Assembly: GCF_044324875.1 (NCBI RefSeq) | Contig: NZ_CP172185.1 | Length of the DNA: 64,000 bases | From: Escherichia coli | GTDB taxonomy: Bacteria > Pseudomonadota > Gammaproteobacteria > Enterobacterales > Enterobacteriaceae | Strand: one strand, 5' to 3' | In this document: positions 1-9,417 of the stretch, in pieces | Position numbering within the stretch: position 1 is the first letter of the stretch | Layout of the letters: each line of letters starts with the position of its first letter | The notes under the pieces: generated by a model | The model's input: only the letters and a program-made list of their open reading frames with translations | Told to the model about the DNA's origin: nothing | Databases searched by the model: none | Position numbers and translations under genes: made by a program

Positions 1-144
1 TGTTTTACGCGAAATAACATCAATAATCAGGCTCATAATGGCATTCCTGATAAATGGCGCATATCCTTAGCGAGTCCATTTATCTAAATAAGACAAAGGT
101 AATCACTTAACAACGAGGCATACCTGATATTAATAATGGCAGGA

Positions 145-1500
145 TTATTTCAAGTCGGGTAAGTCGTTGTATAAGCCCTGTTTAATTCCCGCTAATGGAA
201 TAAGGTTATTCACCGCAGCGGCATAATTTACGGCGGCGACCCAGCCATCATAATTGGCATTTATTTCAGCCGATTGCGCCTGAAAGACATCTTGCTCGAC
301 GGTTAATAGATCATTCAGACTGCGTTTGCCCAATTTATATTCATTTTGGTACACATCTCGCGTTTTGTGCGCACTTTCGGATTGTGCTAAACCGGCTTCT
401 TCGCGACCCCGTGCGCCTGTCCAGTTGGCATATGCCACAGACGCTCGTTGCAGCACATCCAGTTTTGCCTGTTCGACCTGCGAGGCAGAGATTTTTTGTT
501 GCCCTTCGGCCTGTTGCACCTGGGCAGAAACCGCGCCGCCCTGATACAGCGGCGCGTTAACGTTCAGTTGTAACTGATCATCCCAATACGAGCGGTCGCT
601 GGTCTGGTAGCGCGTTTTACCCCCCTGAATACTGAGCGTTGGCCAGTATTGCGCTTTCGTTTTTTCCACGCCGTACTGTGCTGACTGGCGTAAGTTTTCT
701 GCCGCCAGCACCAGCGGGATGGACTGGTAATCAATATTTTTCAGCGATACCGACTGCTCGGCTAATTCAGCAGGTGGCGCGGCTATCGCCTCCGGCTGTA
801 CGCCAGTGAGCACCGCCAGTTGCGCTTTGGCGCTTGCCATCTGCGCCTGATATTGCTCCAGCGTTGAGCGCATTCCGGCAATGCGCGTCTGGGCCTGTAA
901 TTCATCCGACGATGAGTTCAGGCCAGCGTTAGCGCGCAATGCCGCCATGTTGTAGACGTTTTCCAGCGAGTGAATATTGCGTTGAGCCGCATCGCACAAA
1001 GCCTGATAACGACTGACTTCCATATAGGCAGTCGCCGTTTTCTCTGCAACATCGGTTAAGGTTGCCATCAATTTAAAGCGGTAGCTGTCACGGGCGGCAG
1101 TTTGCAGATTGATATCGTTGTTAGTTTTACCAAAGTCATACACCAGCTGTGTCAGGGTTATGCCATACGAAACGTTGTTATCAAGCCTGCCGCTGGAGTC
1201 CGTTTGTCGGGACGGCCCCGCGTTGCCGGTTAATCCAACGTGCGGATACCAGGCACTTTTGGCTTCATCAATTTGCGCTTCGCCAATACCTATCTGCGCC
1301 GCCTGTTGAGTGACGTCGGGATTTCGCGCAAAGGCGCGTAATATACTTTCCTGTAAAGATAATTGGGCAACTGGCGTTACCGCTGGGGCATTCGCCCATT
1401 GTGGCAGCGGTGCAGCAATTGCAGCTTCTCCCATCACCATAAAACTTATAAAAAAAATAAGTCCATTATTTTTACGGTTTTTAAACTGGAATCGCGCCAT
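145..1500 (-). CDS. TolC-family outer membrane channel protein (efflux / type I secretion outer membrane component), 451 aa with N-terminal signal peptide
   Basis: Translation has a hydrophobic signal-like N-terminus followed by a long region with TolC/OMF-type composition (Q/A/L-rich helical repeats, Y/N/G-rich strands). Not a gene I recall at this position in K-12. Confidence 0.75.
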   Translation of the reverse strand: MARFQFKNRKNNGLIFFISFMVMGEAAIAAPLPQWANAPAVTPVAQLSLQESILRAFARNPDVTQQAAQIGIGEAQIDEAKSAWYPHVGLTGNAGPSRQTDSSGRLDNNVSYGITLTQLVYDFGKTNNDINLQTAARDSYRFKLMATLTDVAEKTATAYMEVSRYQALCDAAQRNIHSLENVYNMAALRANAGLNSSSDELQAQTRIAGMRSTLEQYQAQMASAKAQLAVLTGVQPEAIAAPPAELAEQSVSLKNIDYQSIPLVLAAENLRQSAQYGVEKTKAQYWPTLSIQGGKTRYQTSDRSYWDDQLQLNVNAPLYQGGAVSAQVQQAEGQQKISASQVEQAKLDVLQRASVAYANWTGARGREEAGLAQSESAHKTRDVYQNEYKLGKRSLNDLLTVEQDVFQAQSAEINANYDGWVAAVNYAAAVNNLIPLAGIKQGLYNDLPDLK

Positions 1501-1803
1501 AGATAAGTCACTTCCTTCCAGGTCATTATTTTAACTGGTTTTTATAACCAGTCTCATTTTATTAAGAAGGGTAATAACTTGTGCATCTCTTTTGTCGATC
1601 TTTGATATGGGCAAAGAAATGCAGCTAAAAAGCTTATACGTTATTTATTTAGAATACACTACGACTTTTAGATTACCATCATACACATTAAGAATAATCC
1701 ACGGTAATAAGTGATTAGCATCACAGATTTATCGCGTATATATCATTTTTTTGTGACTTATTTATTAAAGGAATAAGAAAGGTAATTTGAATTAAAGACA
1801 AAG

Positions 1804-1826
1804 GCGCAGTACAGGCTGTACTGCGC
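1804..1826 (-). terminator. Perfect 10-bp stem / 3-nt loop hairpin just downstream of ybaT stop, U-rich tract on minus strand
   Basis: gcgcagtaca-ggc-tgtactgcgc palindrome read directly; located 12 nt 3' of the ybaT stop. Confidence 0.5.
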
Positions 1827-1837
1827 GCAGAGAGGTG

Positions 1838-3130
1838 TTATACGGTTTTATTGCGCTTCATGACCATTGCCACAATAAGGCTGAGTAAGATTGCACCAAT
1901 AATCCATATCAACGCACGGCTGCCCTGGGACCACAGGCTGTAGATAAAGCCAACGATCACCAACAACATCACCAACGTACCAACGATAAGAATCGGCAAC
2001 GAGGCGTGAATATCATGACGCAGGCGGATCGCCACCACAAACACCGCCAGATAGCAGATCAAAAAGGTGGCGCTGGCAACGCTGGCGAGTGAGCCTAAAT
2101 TCAGCGCCGCCGTCATCAGCATAATCAGCACCACGACAATGATGTTGCCCCAGGTACTCTGCCGCCACAGGGATTTATTCATTAGCTTCGGCAGTTCGCG
2201 TTCGCTGCCCATGTTGTCCATGATGTTAAACACGGCGAACAGGTTCGCGTTGATGGCTGAAGCCGTCGCCAGTAAAGCGCCGATGACGACGATCACATAA
2301 CCCACATGCCCGAGCAGCGGAGAAGCAGCCTGCGCTACGGCGGTATCGGCATATTTTTCTAACTCTAATGCCGATACATCGCTAAGCAAAACCAGCGCCA
2401 GCGAGATATAAAGCAACGTGGTAACGCCAATCGCCACCAGAAACGCCCGTGGCATAATGACCTGCGGATCTTTCACTTTATCCGCCGCGTTCGCCATCAT
2501 GCCAAAGCCCGCATAGGCAAGGAAGGTTATCCCGATACAGGAGAAGAACGCACCGGAGCTGGGGGGCGCAGAGACGGAAATATGCGCCGGTTGCAGCGAC
2601 CAGACACCGGCAATAATCAGCAATAACAGAATCATCATTTTAATGCCGACGAGGATCACTTCCAGCCGCCCTACCGCATGGTTGCTTAAGGAGTTGAAAA
2701 GCGTCATCACCGCAATGATTCCCAACGCGTAGAGCAAAATAAGGTGCTCCTCCTGGCTGCCTTCATGCAAAAACTGCACGGCATAAGCGCCAAAAGCACG
2801 GGCGACCATGGCGATGCTCACCGCCAGCGTCAACAGGTACAGTAACGAGAGCGCCAGCGAAAAGACGCCGTTGCCTAATCCGCGACGAAAGAAGTCGATA
2901 ATACCGCCATTGCTGGGATAGCTCGCCCCCAGGCGCGCATAGGCATAACCGGAAAACATCGCCACAATACCGCCAAAAGCAAAGGCGACCCAGGTCGAGG
3001 CTTCCATTAGCAACGCAGCCTGCCCCAGCAGCGCGAAGATCCCCGCCCCCACCATTGCCCCAATACCGATGGAAACGACGTTCCATAGACCGAGGGGTTT
3101 GTTATCGTTATTACCTTCCGTGTTCATCAT
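1838..3130 (-). CDS. ybaT: APC-family amino acid permease YbaT
   Basis: 430-aa polytopic membrane protein, synteny next to glsA as in E. coli. Confidence 0.9.
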   Translation of the reverse strand: MMNTEGNNDNKPLGLWNVVSIGIGAMVGAGIFALLGQAALLMEASTWVAFAFGGIVAMFSGYAYARLGASYPSNGGIIDFFRRGLGNGVFSLALSLLYLLTLAVSIAMVARAFGAYAVQFLHEGSQEEHLILLYALGIIAVMTLFNSLSNHAVGRLEVILVGIKMMILLLLIIAGVWSLQPAHISVSAPPSSGAFFSCIGITFLAYAGFGMMANAADKVKDPQVIMPRAFLVAIGVTTLLYISLALVLLSDVSALELEKYADTAVAQAASPLLGHVGYVIVVIGALLATASAINANLFAVFNIMDNMGSERELPKLMNKSLWRQSTWGNIIVVVLIMLMTAALNLGSLASVASATFLICYLAVFVVAIRLRHDIHASLPILIVGTLVMLLVIVGFIYSLWSQGSRALIWIIGAILLSLIVAMVMKRNKTV

Positions 3131-3132
3131 GA

Positions 3133-4065
3133 TCAGCCCTTAAACACGTTATAGCCGAGTTGCTTAGCGACCGATGCCACCATTTTTTGACCGCGAACAC
3201 TGTTGCCTTCTTCGTCCAGCGGTGGTGAGAACGCGGCAATTCCCATCACGCCAGGGACGACCGCCAGAATACCGCCACCTACACCGCTTTTGCCCGGTAA
3301 ACCAACGCGATACGCCCAGTCACCGGAGCGACCATACAGCCCTTCCATCATCATTTCAGCCAGAATGTACGGCACGTTGTCGGCCTGAAGAACGCGTTTA
3401 TGCGTCAGCGGATTCACACCACCCGCCGCCAGCGTCGCGCCAAGCGTTGCCAGTTCAACAGTATTGATGAGCGTGGAGCACTGACGGGTGTACACGTCAC
3501 AGGCTTCCATTGCATCACAATAGAGATATCCGGCGGAGTACAGCAGCCAGGCAATGGCCCGGTTATGGAAGTTGGTTGTTTGTTCCGACTGGTTTACTTC
3601 GTCAGAGAGCGCTACCTGCTCACCAGCCAGTTGTTGTTGGATATGTAAAATTCGCTGCCAGCGTTGTTCGGCATTTTCAGCGTTAATCAGGCTGGTGGTG
3701 GCAATAGCGCCAGCATTTACCAGTGGCGACAGCGGTTTGCCGCCATGCAACTCTAAGGCGATAACTGAGTTAAAGGGCAATCCGGTCGGGTCAGCGCCAA
3801 CTTTGTCCTGTACCGCCTGCGGGCCGACATCTTCTAACGCAAGGGCTAACGTACAGACTTTCGAGATGGATTCCAGCGCAAAGCGGTAATCACTCTCACC
3901 CGCGCGATAGATGTTGCCATCGCTGGTCACGATAGCCACTGCCGCCAGTTGACCAGGTACATTCGCCAGAAAGGGAATGTAGTCGGCATTTTGTCCGCCG
4001 TTAAGTGAGTGAAATTGGGTGTAAGCCTGATCCACTGCCTGCTGTAATTTGTTTGCATCTAACAT
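3133..4065 (-). CDS. glsA: Glutaminase 1
   Basis: 310-aa ORF; translation matches the glutaminase (YbaS/GlsA) family as recalled; synteny with ybaT. Confidence 0.92.
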   Translation of the reverse strand: MLDANKLQQAVDQAYTQFHSLNGGQNADYIPFLANVPGQLAAVAIVTSDGNIYRAGESDYRFALESISKVCTLALALEDVGPQAVQDKVGADPTGLPFNSVIALELHGGKPLSPLVNAGAIATTSLINAENAEQRWQRILHIQQQLAGEQVALSDEVNQSEQTTNFHNRAIAWLLYSAGYLYCDAMEACDVYTRQCSTLINTVELATLGATLAAGGVNPLTHKRVLQADNVPYILAEMMMEGLYGRSGDWAYRVGLPGKSGVGGGILAVVPGVMGIAAFSPPLDEEGNSVRGQKMVASVAKQLGYNVFKG

Positions 4066-4255
4066 CTTTTGTTAACTCCTTTTTATAGATGCGGGAGGTA
4101 ATTCCTCACCCCGGTGCCGATTTTCAGGCATCCTGATTTAACTTAGCACCCGCAACTTAACTACAGGAAAACAAAGAGATAAATGTCTAATCCTGATGCA
4201 AATCGAGCCGATTTTTTAATCTTTACGGACTTTTACCCGCCTGGTTTATTAATTT

Positions 4256-4275
4256 CTTGACCTTCCCCTTGCTGG
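4256..4275. repeat. attL core (direct repeat copy 1)
   Basis: 20/20 identity with 39269..39288; lies 70 bp downstream of the int stop. Confidence 0.8.
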
Positions 4276-4344
4276 GGACAAAGAACTGCGTGGTGTAAAA
4301 TAACACCACGCAATATCAATAAGTTACATAACCACTTTAACTCT

Positions 4345-5388
4345 CTACCTCCCTTTTTCCTCAAAATGTGGACACTCAATGGACATATCACATAGCGGAT
4401 TATGCATCACAGCATCGCTTAAATAATCCGGCGAAAAATGCGCATAAGTCATTGTCTGAGATATATCTGCATGACCGAGGATTTTTTGAAGAGAAATAAT
4501 ATTCCCCCCATTCATCATAAAATGGGTGGCAAATGTATGCCTCAATACATGAACCGCTTGACCGTCCGGCAAATTAGGCTTAGCCACCTTCAGTTTCAGC
4601 CTAAACCATTTATAACTCACCCGAAATAAACGCCCCTCCTTGCGATGTTTTACAAGCCTAACAACATCATCAGAAACAGGAACAACCCGACGCTTATTAT
4701 TTTTTGTGAAATTAAATACAACCTTATTACCGATAATATGTTCCCCCATTAGCTGATATGCTTCATTCCAGCGACAGCCTGTAGACAACAAAAGGACAGC
4801 CATTCGGTAATAATCTCCCGAACCCTTGCAGATAGAAAGAAACGCACCAATCTCTTCATGATTAAGATAAGCCATCTCTGGGGTTTTTTCCTTGAGGCGA
4901 GGAAGCGACAATACAGGGTTACTACCGTGATATTCACCAATCTCTGCCATAGCCTTTAACGCAGCGCTAAACGCAAAAAGATCATGGTTGATTGTAGATG
5001 CCTTAACCCCTTGATCGAGACGGCGCGATCTATATTCAGCAACCATGCGTTCATCAATCTCGTACATCATAGGGTCACCCATATCAAGACAAATACACTG
5101 GAGGTTATTCAGTCTACGATTCGCGTAATCCTTGTGACGACCTATCAGTAACCACCACGTCGCAATGAAATCGCTTAAATATCGCTTGTCCAGAAGATTA
5201 CCGAAAACATCAACAGAAGGGCGATCAGCAAGAACTTCGCGTTCAAATGCTACAGCCAGATTTTTTTTCTCAAACTTCCGACGAATGCGCCTTCCCTTAC
5301 TTCCGTCGGGTCGAATGTCCACAAAATAGCGACCATCTTCGAGCTTCTTAATTGACATAAGAAGACCCTCCAACAGTCCATTCTCCAT
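4345..5388 (-). CDS. int: Tyrosine integrase, P2 Int family
   Basis: 347 aa; N-terminus MSIKKLEDGRYFVDIRPDG...RRIRRKFEKK and C-terminal HxLRHTFATHF...GHADISQTMTYAHF catalytic region resemble P2 Int as recalled. Confidence 0.92.
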   Translation of the reverse strand: MENGLLEGLLMSIKKLEDGRYFVDIRPDGSKGRRIRRKFEKKNLAVAFEREVLADRPSVDVFGNLLDKRYLSDFIATWWLLIGRHKDYANRRLNNLQCICLDMGDPMMYEIDERMVAEYRSRRLDQGVKASTINHDLFAFSAALKAMAEIGEYHGSNPVLSLPRLKEKTPEMAYLNHEEIGAFLSICKGSGDYYRMAVLLLSTGCRWNEAYQLMGEHIIGNKVVFNFTKNNKRRVVPVSDDVVRLVKHRKEGRLFRVSYKWFRLKLKVAKPNLPDGQAVHVLRHTFATHFMMNGGNIISLQKILGHADISQTMTYAHFSPDYLSDAVMHNPLCDMSIECPHFEEKGR

Positions 5389-5427
5389 CTTGAAAACAGA
5401 TAGAGAAAACGTATTCCTTATAAAGAG

Positions 5428-5727
5428 TTAACCAGTCTGTTTCCCTGATTGGGGTGACGTTGTTTCGACGTGCCCACAGTGTGCGAGAGCCGGGGCTATT
5501 TGCCCGTGTTCTGGGTCGATGCGGTCATACATAAACCAATTCTGATACTTATGAAAACGGGGGTGACCAAATATCTTAATTGCAGATTCCAATGTCATCT
5601 TAGATTTGTCACGCTCATAGCCGTGATAGGTTGTGTAATTAAGCCCTACTAAATCAACAAATTGCTGTTTTGTTAGCCTTTCCGAATCTCGCATGATCGC
5701 TAACTTTTCACCTTGAGTATTTGACAT
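5428..5727 (-). CDS. C: Immunity repressor, P2 C family
   Basis: 99 aa, same length as P2 C; C-terminal QIAPALAH...ETTSP...G motif resembles P2 C as recalled; divergent from the cox-like gene. Confidence 0.85.
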   Translation of the reverse strand: MSNTQGEKLAIMRDSERLTKQQFVDLVGLNYTTYHGYERDKSKMTLESAIKIFGHPRFHKYQNWFMYDRIDPEHGQIAPALAHCGHVETTSPQSGKQTG

Positions 5728-5768
5728 ATTTACGAGTACTCCATATAGTTACGCAAAAACAACATTCC

Positions 5769-5810
5769 TAGCCTAAAACGGCAAAACACCGTCAAAGGCC
5801 GATTAGGCTA
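5769..5810. promoter_or_regulatory. Nested inverted repeat (tagcctaa ... ttaggcta) in the C / cox-like divergent promoter region; candidate repressor operator
   Basis: 8-bp perfect inverted arms at 5769..5776 and 5803..5810 with inner partial symmetry; sits in the lysogeny/lysis switch intergenic region. Confidence 0.4.
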
Positions 5811-5851
5811 AGCAAGCCTCAATCAATGGCAACCTTGGAGTGTATCAAAAA

Positions 5852-6340
5852 ATGGCAAAACAACGAGATTTTGAACAAATCACGACACATCAGCATTGCC
5901 GTCTCTATCCATTAGACGGCTACATCACGATGAACGTGTGCAAAATGAGTTCAACGCAGGCTGGACGCATACGTGATATGAGTCTGAGCGACTTACAACA
6001 ACAGGAGTTTGTTAGCCCAGAGGAGTTTGCATACATCACGGGGCGCACCTACAAAGCAGCCAAAAACATCATGGACCGAAACGAAAGCCTGCTTATTAAG
6101 GAATACGCCACGCCAGACGCAACACGACCTAAGCGATTTATCAGACTCCAGCACTACTGGGCCGCAATTATCAACAACAAAGCATCGCTGACACCACGCG
6201 AGCATCTATTTATCAATGAGATTCGAAACAACAAAACGCTTTACCGCGAGATGATGAAAATCAATCTCAAGATTCGCGAAGGGCGAGAAGTCTCGAAAAA
6301 AAAACCAAGATACTCCCATCAATCGCAATCAGCGGCATAA
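5852..6340 (+). CDS. Cox-like excisionase/regulator domain protein (162 aa from ATG at 5852; the ORF track opens at GTG 5840)
   Basis: Position equivalent to P2 cox; central region (EFAYITGRTYKAAKNIM...LQHYW) loosely resembles the Cox winged-helix; GGAG Shine-Dalgarno 11 nt upstream of ATG 5852. Confidence 0.5.
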   Translation: MAKQRDFEQITTHQHCRLYPLDGYITMNVCKMSSTQAGRIRDMSLSDLQQQEFVSPEEFAYITGRTYKAAKNIMDRNESLLIKEYATPDATRPKRFIRLQHYWAAIINNKASLTPREHLFINEIRNNKTLYREMMKINLKIREGREVSKKKPRYSHQSQSAA

Positions 6341-6500
6341 CACCAAAAGGAGTTTTCCCATGTGCGACCTGAGCAAAGCAGAGCTAATTGCAATCATATT
6401 GTTTGCCATAGATTTTGGTTTTCTTTTGAGCGGCGCAATTCTCCTTCCTGCAATTAACAGGAAAAATTAATCACCACTGCAAATAACAAGAGCCAACAAC

Positions 6501-6716
6501 ATGACCCCAAGACAAGTATTAATCTCCAAAAATGATGACATATTGCACTTTCAAGTAAAATACATAATAGCCACAACAAAGGTAGGAACATCAATCTATA
6601 TACACTATCAGAATTTCTATCTGGAGAGAGTCTTCGAAACGGAAGGAGAAGCCCAGAAGTTTTTGATACACATAAAAGATTGCATAGAAGGAAAAATAAG
6701 ACCAGGGGATCAATAA
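6501..6716 (+). CDS. Hypothetical early-region protein (71 aa)
   Basis: ORF in early operon orientation, abutting the next ORF; no recognisable motif. Confidence 0.4.
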   Translation: MTPRQVLISKNDDILHFQVKYIIATTKVGTSIYIHYQNFYLERVFETEGEAQKFLIHIKDCIEGKIRPGDQ

Positions 6717-7024
6717 TGCGAAAACATTATTCACAACCATATATCCGTAACAGTGCGCCACGCAGCAATAACCGCTGGAGCCTGCGCGAAACACACGCAA
6801 CACCAGGCGGTCACGTTGTAAAACAAACTGGGGAACACACCCGGCTGATTGAGCAGGCTGGACTCGTGATCCACAGATGCAACCGCAATCCGTTTACCGG
6901 AAACCGCATCTTTGCACTGAGCAGCGGCGACAACCAGTTCGGGCAGGATTTCACGCTACACGAAGCCCTGCGAACTGCCGACCGCTTAATCGCGGGGCGC
7001 AGCTTTCAGCACCCGGATTACTAA
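6716..7024 (+). CDS. Hypothetical early-region protein (102 aa from internal ATG)
   Basis: ORF 6680..7024 with likely start at ATG 6716 directly following the upstream stop. Confidence 0.4.
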   Translation: MRKHYSQPYIRNSAPRSNNRWSLRETHATPGGHVVKQTGEHTRLIEQAGLVIHRCNRNPFTGNRIFALSSGDNQFGQDFTLHEALRTADRLIAGRSFQHPDY

Positions 7025-7067
7025 AGAAAAGTCGGCTTAATAAGCCCTGAGCCAGTCTTAATAAGAC

Positions 7068-7325
7068 ATGAGAGGCGATAAGATGAAAAGAGCCTACAAA
7101 GAAATCGCTAACGACATACTTCAGAATTATCACCTAACCCTTGCGAGCAACGGTGTCGCCTATGATGAGCAATCGTTCCGCGCAATGCAGGGTGGGATTC
7201 TTGGGCTGTATATCGCCGCCACAGCCAGCGGCGACCTCGAAGCGCTGGCAGAATTAAAGGTTATCTATCCGAAAGAACTTGGCGAAGACCTGATTAAACC
7301 CTATCTCATTGAGGAGCTAGCATGA
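7068..7325 (+). CDS. Hypothetical early-region protein (85 aa)
   Basis: ORF in early operon orientation; its stop overlaps an unlisted 40-codon membrane-peptide ORF at 7322..7444. Confidence 0.4.
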   Translation: MRGDKMKRAYKEIANDILQNYHLTLASNGVAYDEQSFRAMQGGILGLYIAATASGDLEALAELKVIYPKELGEDLIKPYLIEELA

Positions 7326-7527
7326 ATATTCTTATCTCGTGGTTAATTCTCATCCTCGCCATTATTTGCGCGGTGGGAATCATGCGAATTATTAACGGCA
7401 TTAAAACCATCGAATCATTATTTACTGGCGACAAGCGCCATAAATAAATAACCGGAAATTACCAGAAAGCAAGAAAACATCCGCAACGGCGGAGGGATTC
7501 CCTTACGCCTGAAATAAGGAGCAGCGA

Positions 7528-7743
7528 ATGAGTAAACCACTAACCAGCATTGAGCGAAAAATTGTTTTTATGAATGTGGCAGGCGTGCAGTTCGAAGTGG
7601 ATAAGCAGGTCATCGTCTCCGAAACGAGATGCCCGGCAGCAGGTGAGCAATGCACCTACCTGACACTGGCAGACGGCACGCAAATAACCGCCGTCACCGA
7701 CACCATTCGCGAGCTTGTGATTATCAGAGGGGTTAAACGATGA
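7528..7743 (+). CDS. Hypothetical early-region protein (71 aa)
   Basis: ORF with AGGAG-type ribosome binding site; stop overlaps the next start (ATGA). Confidence 0.45.
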   Translation: MSKPLTSIERKIVFMNVAGVQFEVDKQVIVSETRCPAAGEQCTYLTLADGTQITAVTDTIRELVIIRGVKR

Positions 7744-7952
7744 CCAGCAAATACACCACCAACGCACGCAAGCCAGGCAAGGAGGCACGTCATCACATTG
7801 CCGTTCTGCGCAATCTCATCATGTGCGAAATCGACGACTTTGTGGCGGGACTGGGCCAGCCGGGCGAGCCAGCAACACCGGGCGAAATACACAAAGAACT
7901 ACGCCGCCGCATAGAAAGCGCGGTGGATTACGTCATGAACCCGAACGACTGA
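7740..7952 (+). CDS. Hypothetical early-region protein (70 aa)
   Basis: Translationally coupled to the preceding ORF. Confidence 0.45.
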   Translation: MTSKYTTNARKPGKEARHHIAVLRNLIMCEIDDFVAGLGQPGEPATPGEIHKELRRRIESAVDYVMNPND

Positions 7953-7992
7953 CCAGAACGCGAGCGCGCGCCGGATGACGCACGCATAACGC

Positions 7993-8478
7993 TTAGCGGG
8001 AAGCGCCAACCGTAAGGCTGGCAATGATTTTTTCGGAGAGTGAGAGAGATTCGCGATGATTAAGACCAAGAGCAGCACAAGCTTTATTGCGCGCCGGGTT
8101 GTCCATGCATTCAAGCACCGGAGAGTCCTGCTTCTCAATTTCCACCAGTCGCGCCAGCAACACCTCCGTGCTGAGACCGTCGCTTTCAGTAATCAGGACG
8201 TTATAGCGATGAGCCTGTTCTTTTGCAGCCTGAGCGCGTCGCCCAAATTTCCAGGCGATATTGCAGCCACTAAGCACAGCCACGATACCACCCAGCAACC
8301 AACTGAAATTGCTGCCTGCAAACACAGTAGCCCCAGACGTAAGGATGACAGCATTAATCACCGTATCCATACGGCGGTTAAACACCTCCGAAATATGTTC
8401 AATCCAGTAACTGTTCCAGAGACGAAACATGACCTCGTGTCGCCGTTCGGCATGATTTTCAGTTGGTTGTCTGTTCAT
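7993..8478 (-). CDS. Two-transmembrane-helix small membrane protein (161 aa), oriented against the early operon
   Basis: Two adjacent hydrophobic helices (VINAVILTSGATVFAG; FSWLLGGIVAVLSGCNIAW) followed by a charged helical tail; opposite strand to every neighbouring early gene; 243-bp upstream region of its own. Confidence 0.6.
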   Translation of the reverse strand: MNRQPTENHAERRHEVMFRLWNSYWIEHISEVFNRRMDTVINAVILTSGATVFAGSNFSWLLGGIVAVLSGCNIAWKFGRRAQAAKEQAHRYNVLITESDGLSTEVLLARLVEIEKQDSPVLECMDNPARNKACAALGLNHRESLSLSEKIIASLTVGASR

Positions 8479-8721
8479 TGCGGTTTAACCCTCCTCATCA
8501 TCTCGCCCCTGCCCTTTTTCAGGCGCGGGAGCCGGTTGCCGTGGCACATGAAATTTATCGCTATCAGACATTTATTTTTTCCCGTGTGTTGTTGAACAAA
8601 GTGCCCGCACAGTTTTGACGGAACGGCGGGCGCTTCAAGCGTAACACACCCTTCTTTTCCGGTTGAAGGCGAAAAAAACCGGACAGCTACCCGACACAAA
8701 CCAGACCAGCGGAGAACTGCC

Positions 8722-9276
8722 ATGTACGCACTTAAACCTATGGGGATACCAGGCAAAGCCCCGGCGCATGTGAAAGCCTGGACACAGCAGGAAGATGATT
8801 TGCTGATCACCCTGTACCCGCAGCACACAGCACGAGATATCGCCGGACGTCTGGGGCGCAGCTACGAAGGAGTTTGCGGCCGCATTTCTCGTCTGCGTGA
8901 ACAGGGCAGGATTGGCATCAAGCAGCAAAGACTAAGCGATGAGATGATCGCCACGCTCATCAGGAACCGCCACACCAGGTCCCTCAAGGAACTGGCACAC
9001 ATGGCGAAAGTTTCGACACGCACGGTAACCAACCGATTGAGGGCGCTGGGCTACAGCCTGATCAAATGCGGGGATCTGCATAAAAACACCGTCTACAGCG
9101 ACCGCATCGTTGAGATTATCAGACAGTTACACGACGAGGAGGGCCTGACGTTCAGGGAAATCGCACAGCGCCTTAGCCACGAACTACAGCCGAACCCTAC
9201 CCCGACACTGGCTCAACGTCTCTACTGGCGGTGCACAGCATCCGACGCCGTATTCCGTGAACTGTTACCAGATTGA
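8722..9276 (+). CDS. Putative DNA-binding protein with three tandem helix-turn-helix-like repeats (184 aa)
   Basis: Three ~40-aa segments each with a similar pattern (e.g. ...ARDIAGRLGRSYEGVCGRISRL / ...LKELAHMAKVSTRTVTNRLRALG / ...FREIAQRLSHE). Confidence 0.5.
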   Translation: MYALKPMGIPGKAPAHVKAWTQQEDDLLITLYPQHTARDIAGRLGRSYEGVCGRISRLREQGRIGIKQQRLSDEMIATLIRNRHTRSLKELAHMAKVSTRTVTNRLRALGYSLIKCGDLHKNTVYSDRIVEIIRQLHDEEGLTFREIAQRLSHELQPNPTPTLAQRLYWRCTASDAVFRELLPD

Positions 9277-9394
9277 GCAATCACCATGTACACACAAAAA
9301 AACCGCTTGCAACAACAAACCGGAACAGGGTACGCTTCCCCCGCACCTCATAAAGCGGGTGCCGGGTTTCGCAGCCTGCTGACTAGCAAAGCGC

Positions 9395-9417
9395 ACAACC
9401 GCGCCAGCGGTTTTTTT
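9395..9417 (+). terminator. Intrinsic terminator-like hairpin plus T7 within the 320-bp non-coding stretch after the 8722..9276 gene
   Basis: aaccgc-gcca-gcggtt followed by ttttttt. Confidence 0.45.

Noticed and set aside
4289-4312. Hairpin gcgtggtgt-aaaata-acaccacgc just inside attL as an int terminator
   Set aside because: No U-tract on the int (minus) side; more likely part of the attachment-site arm; left unannotated.
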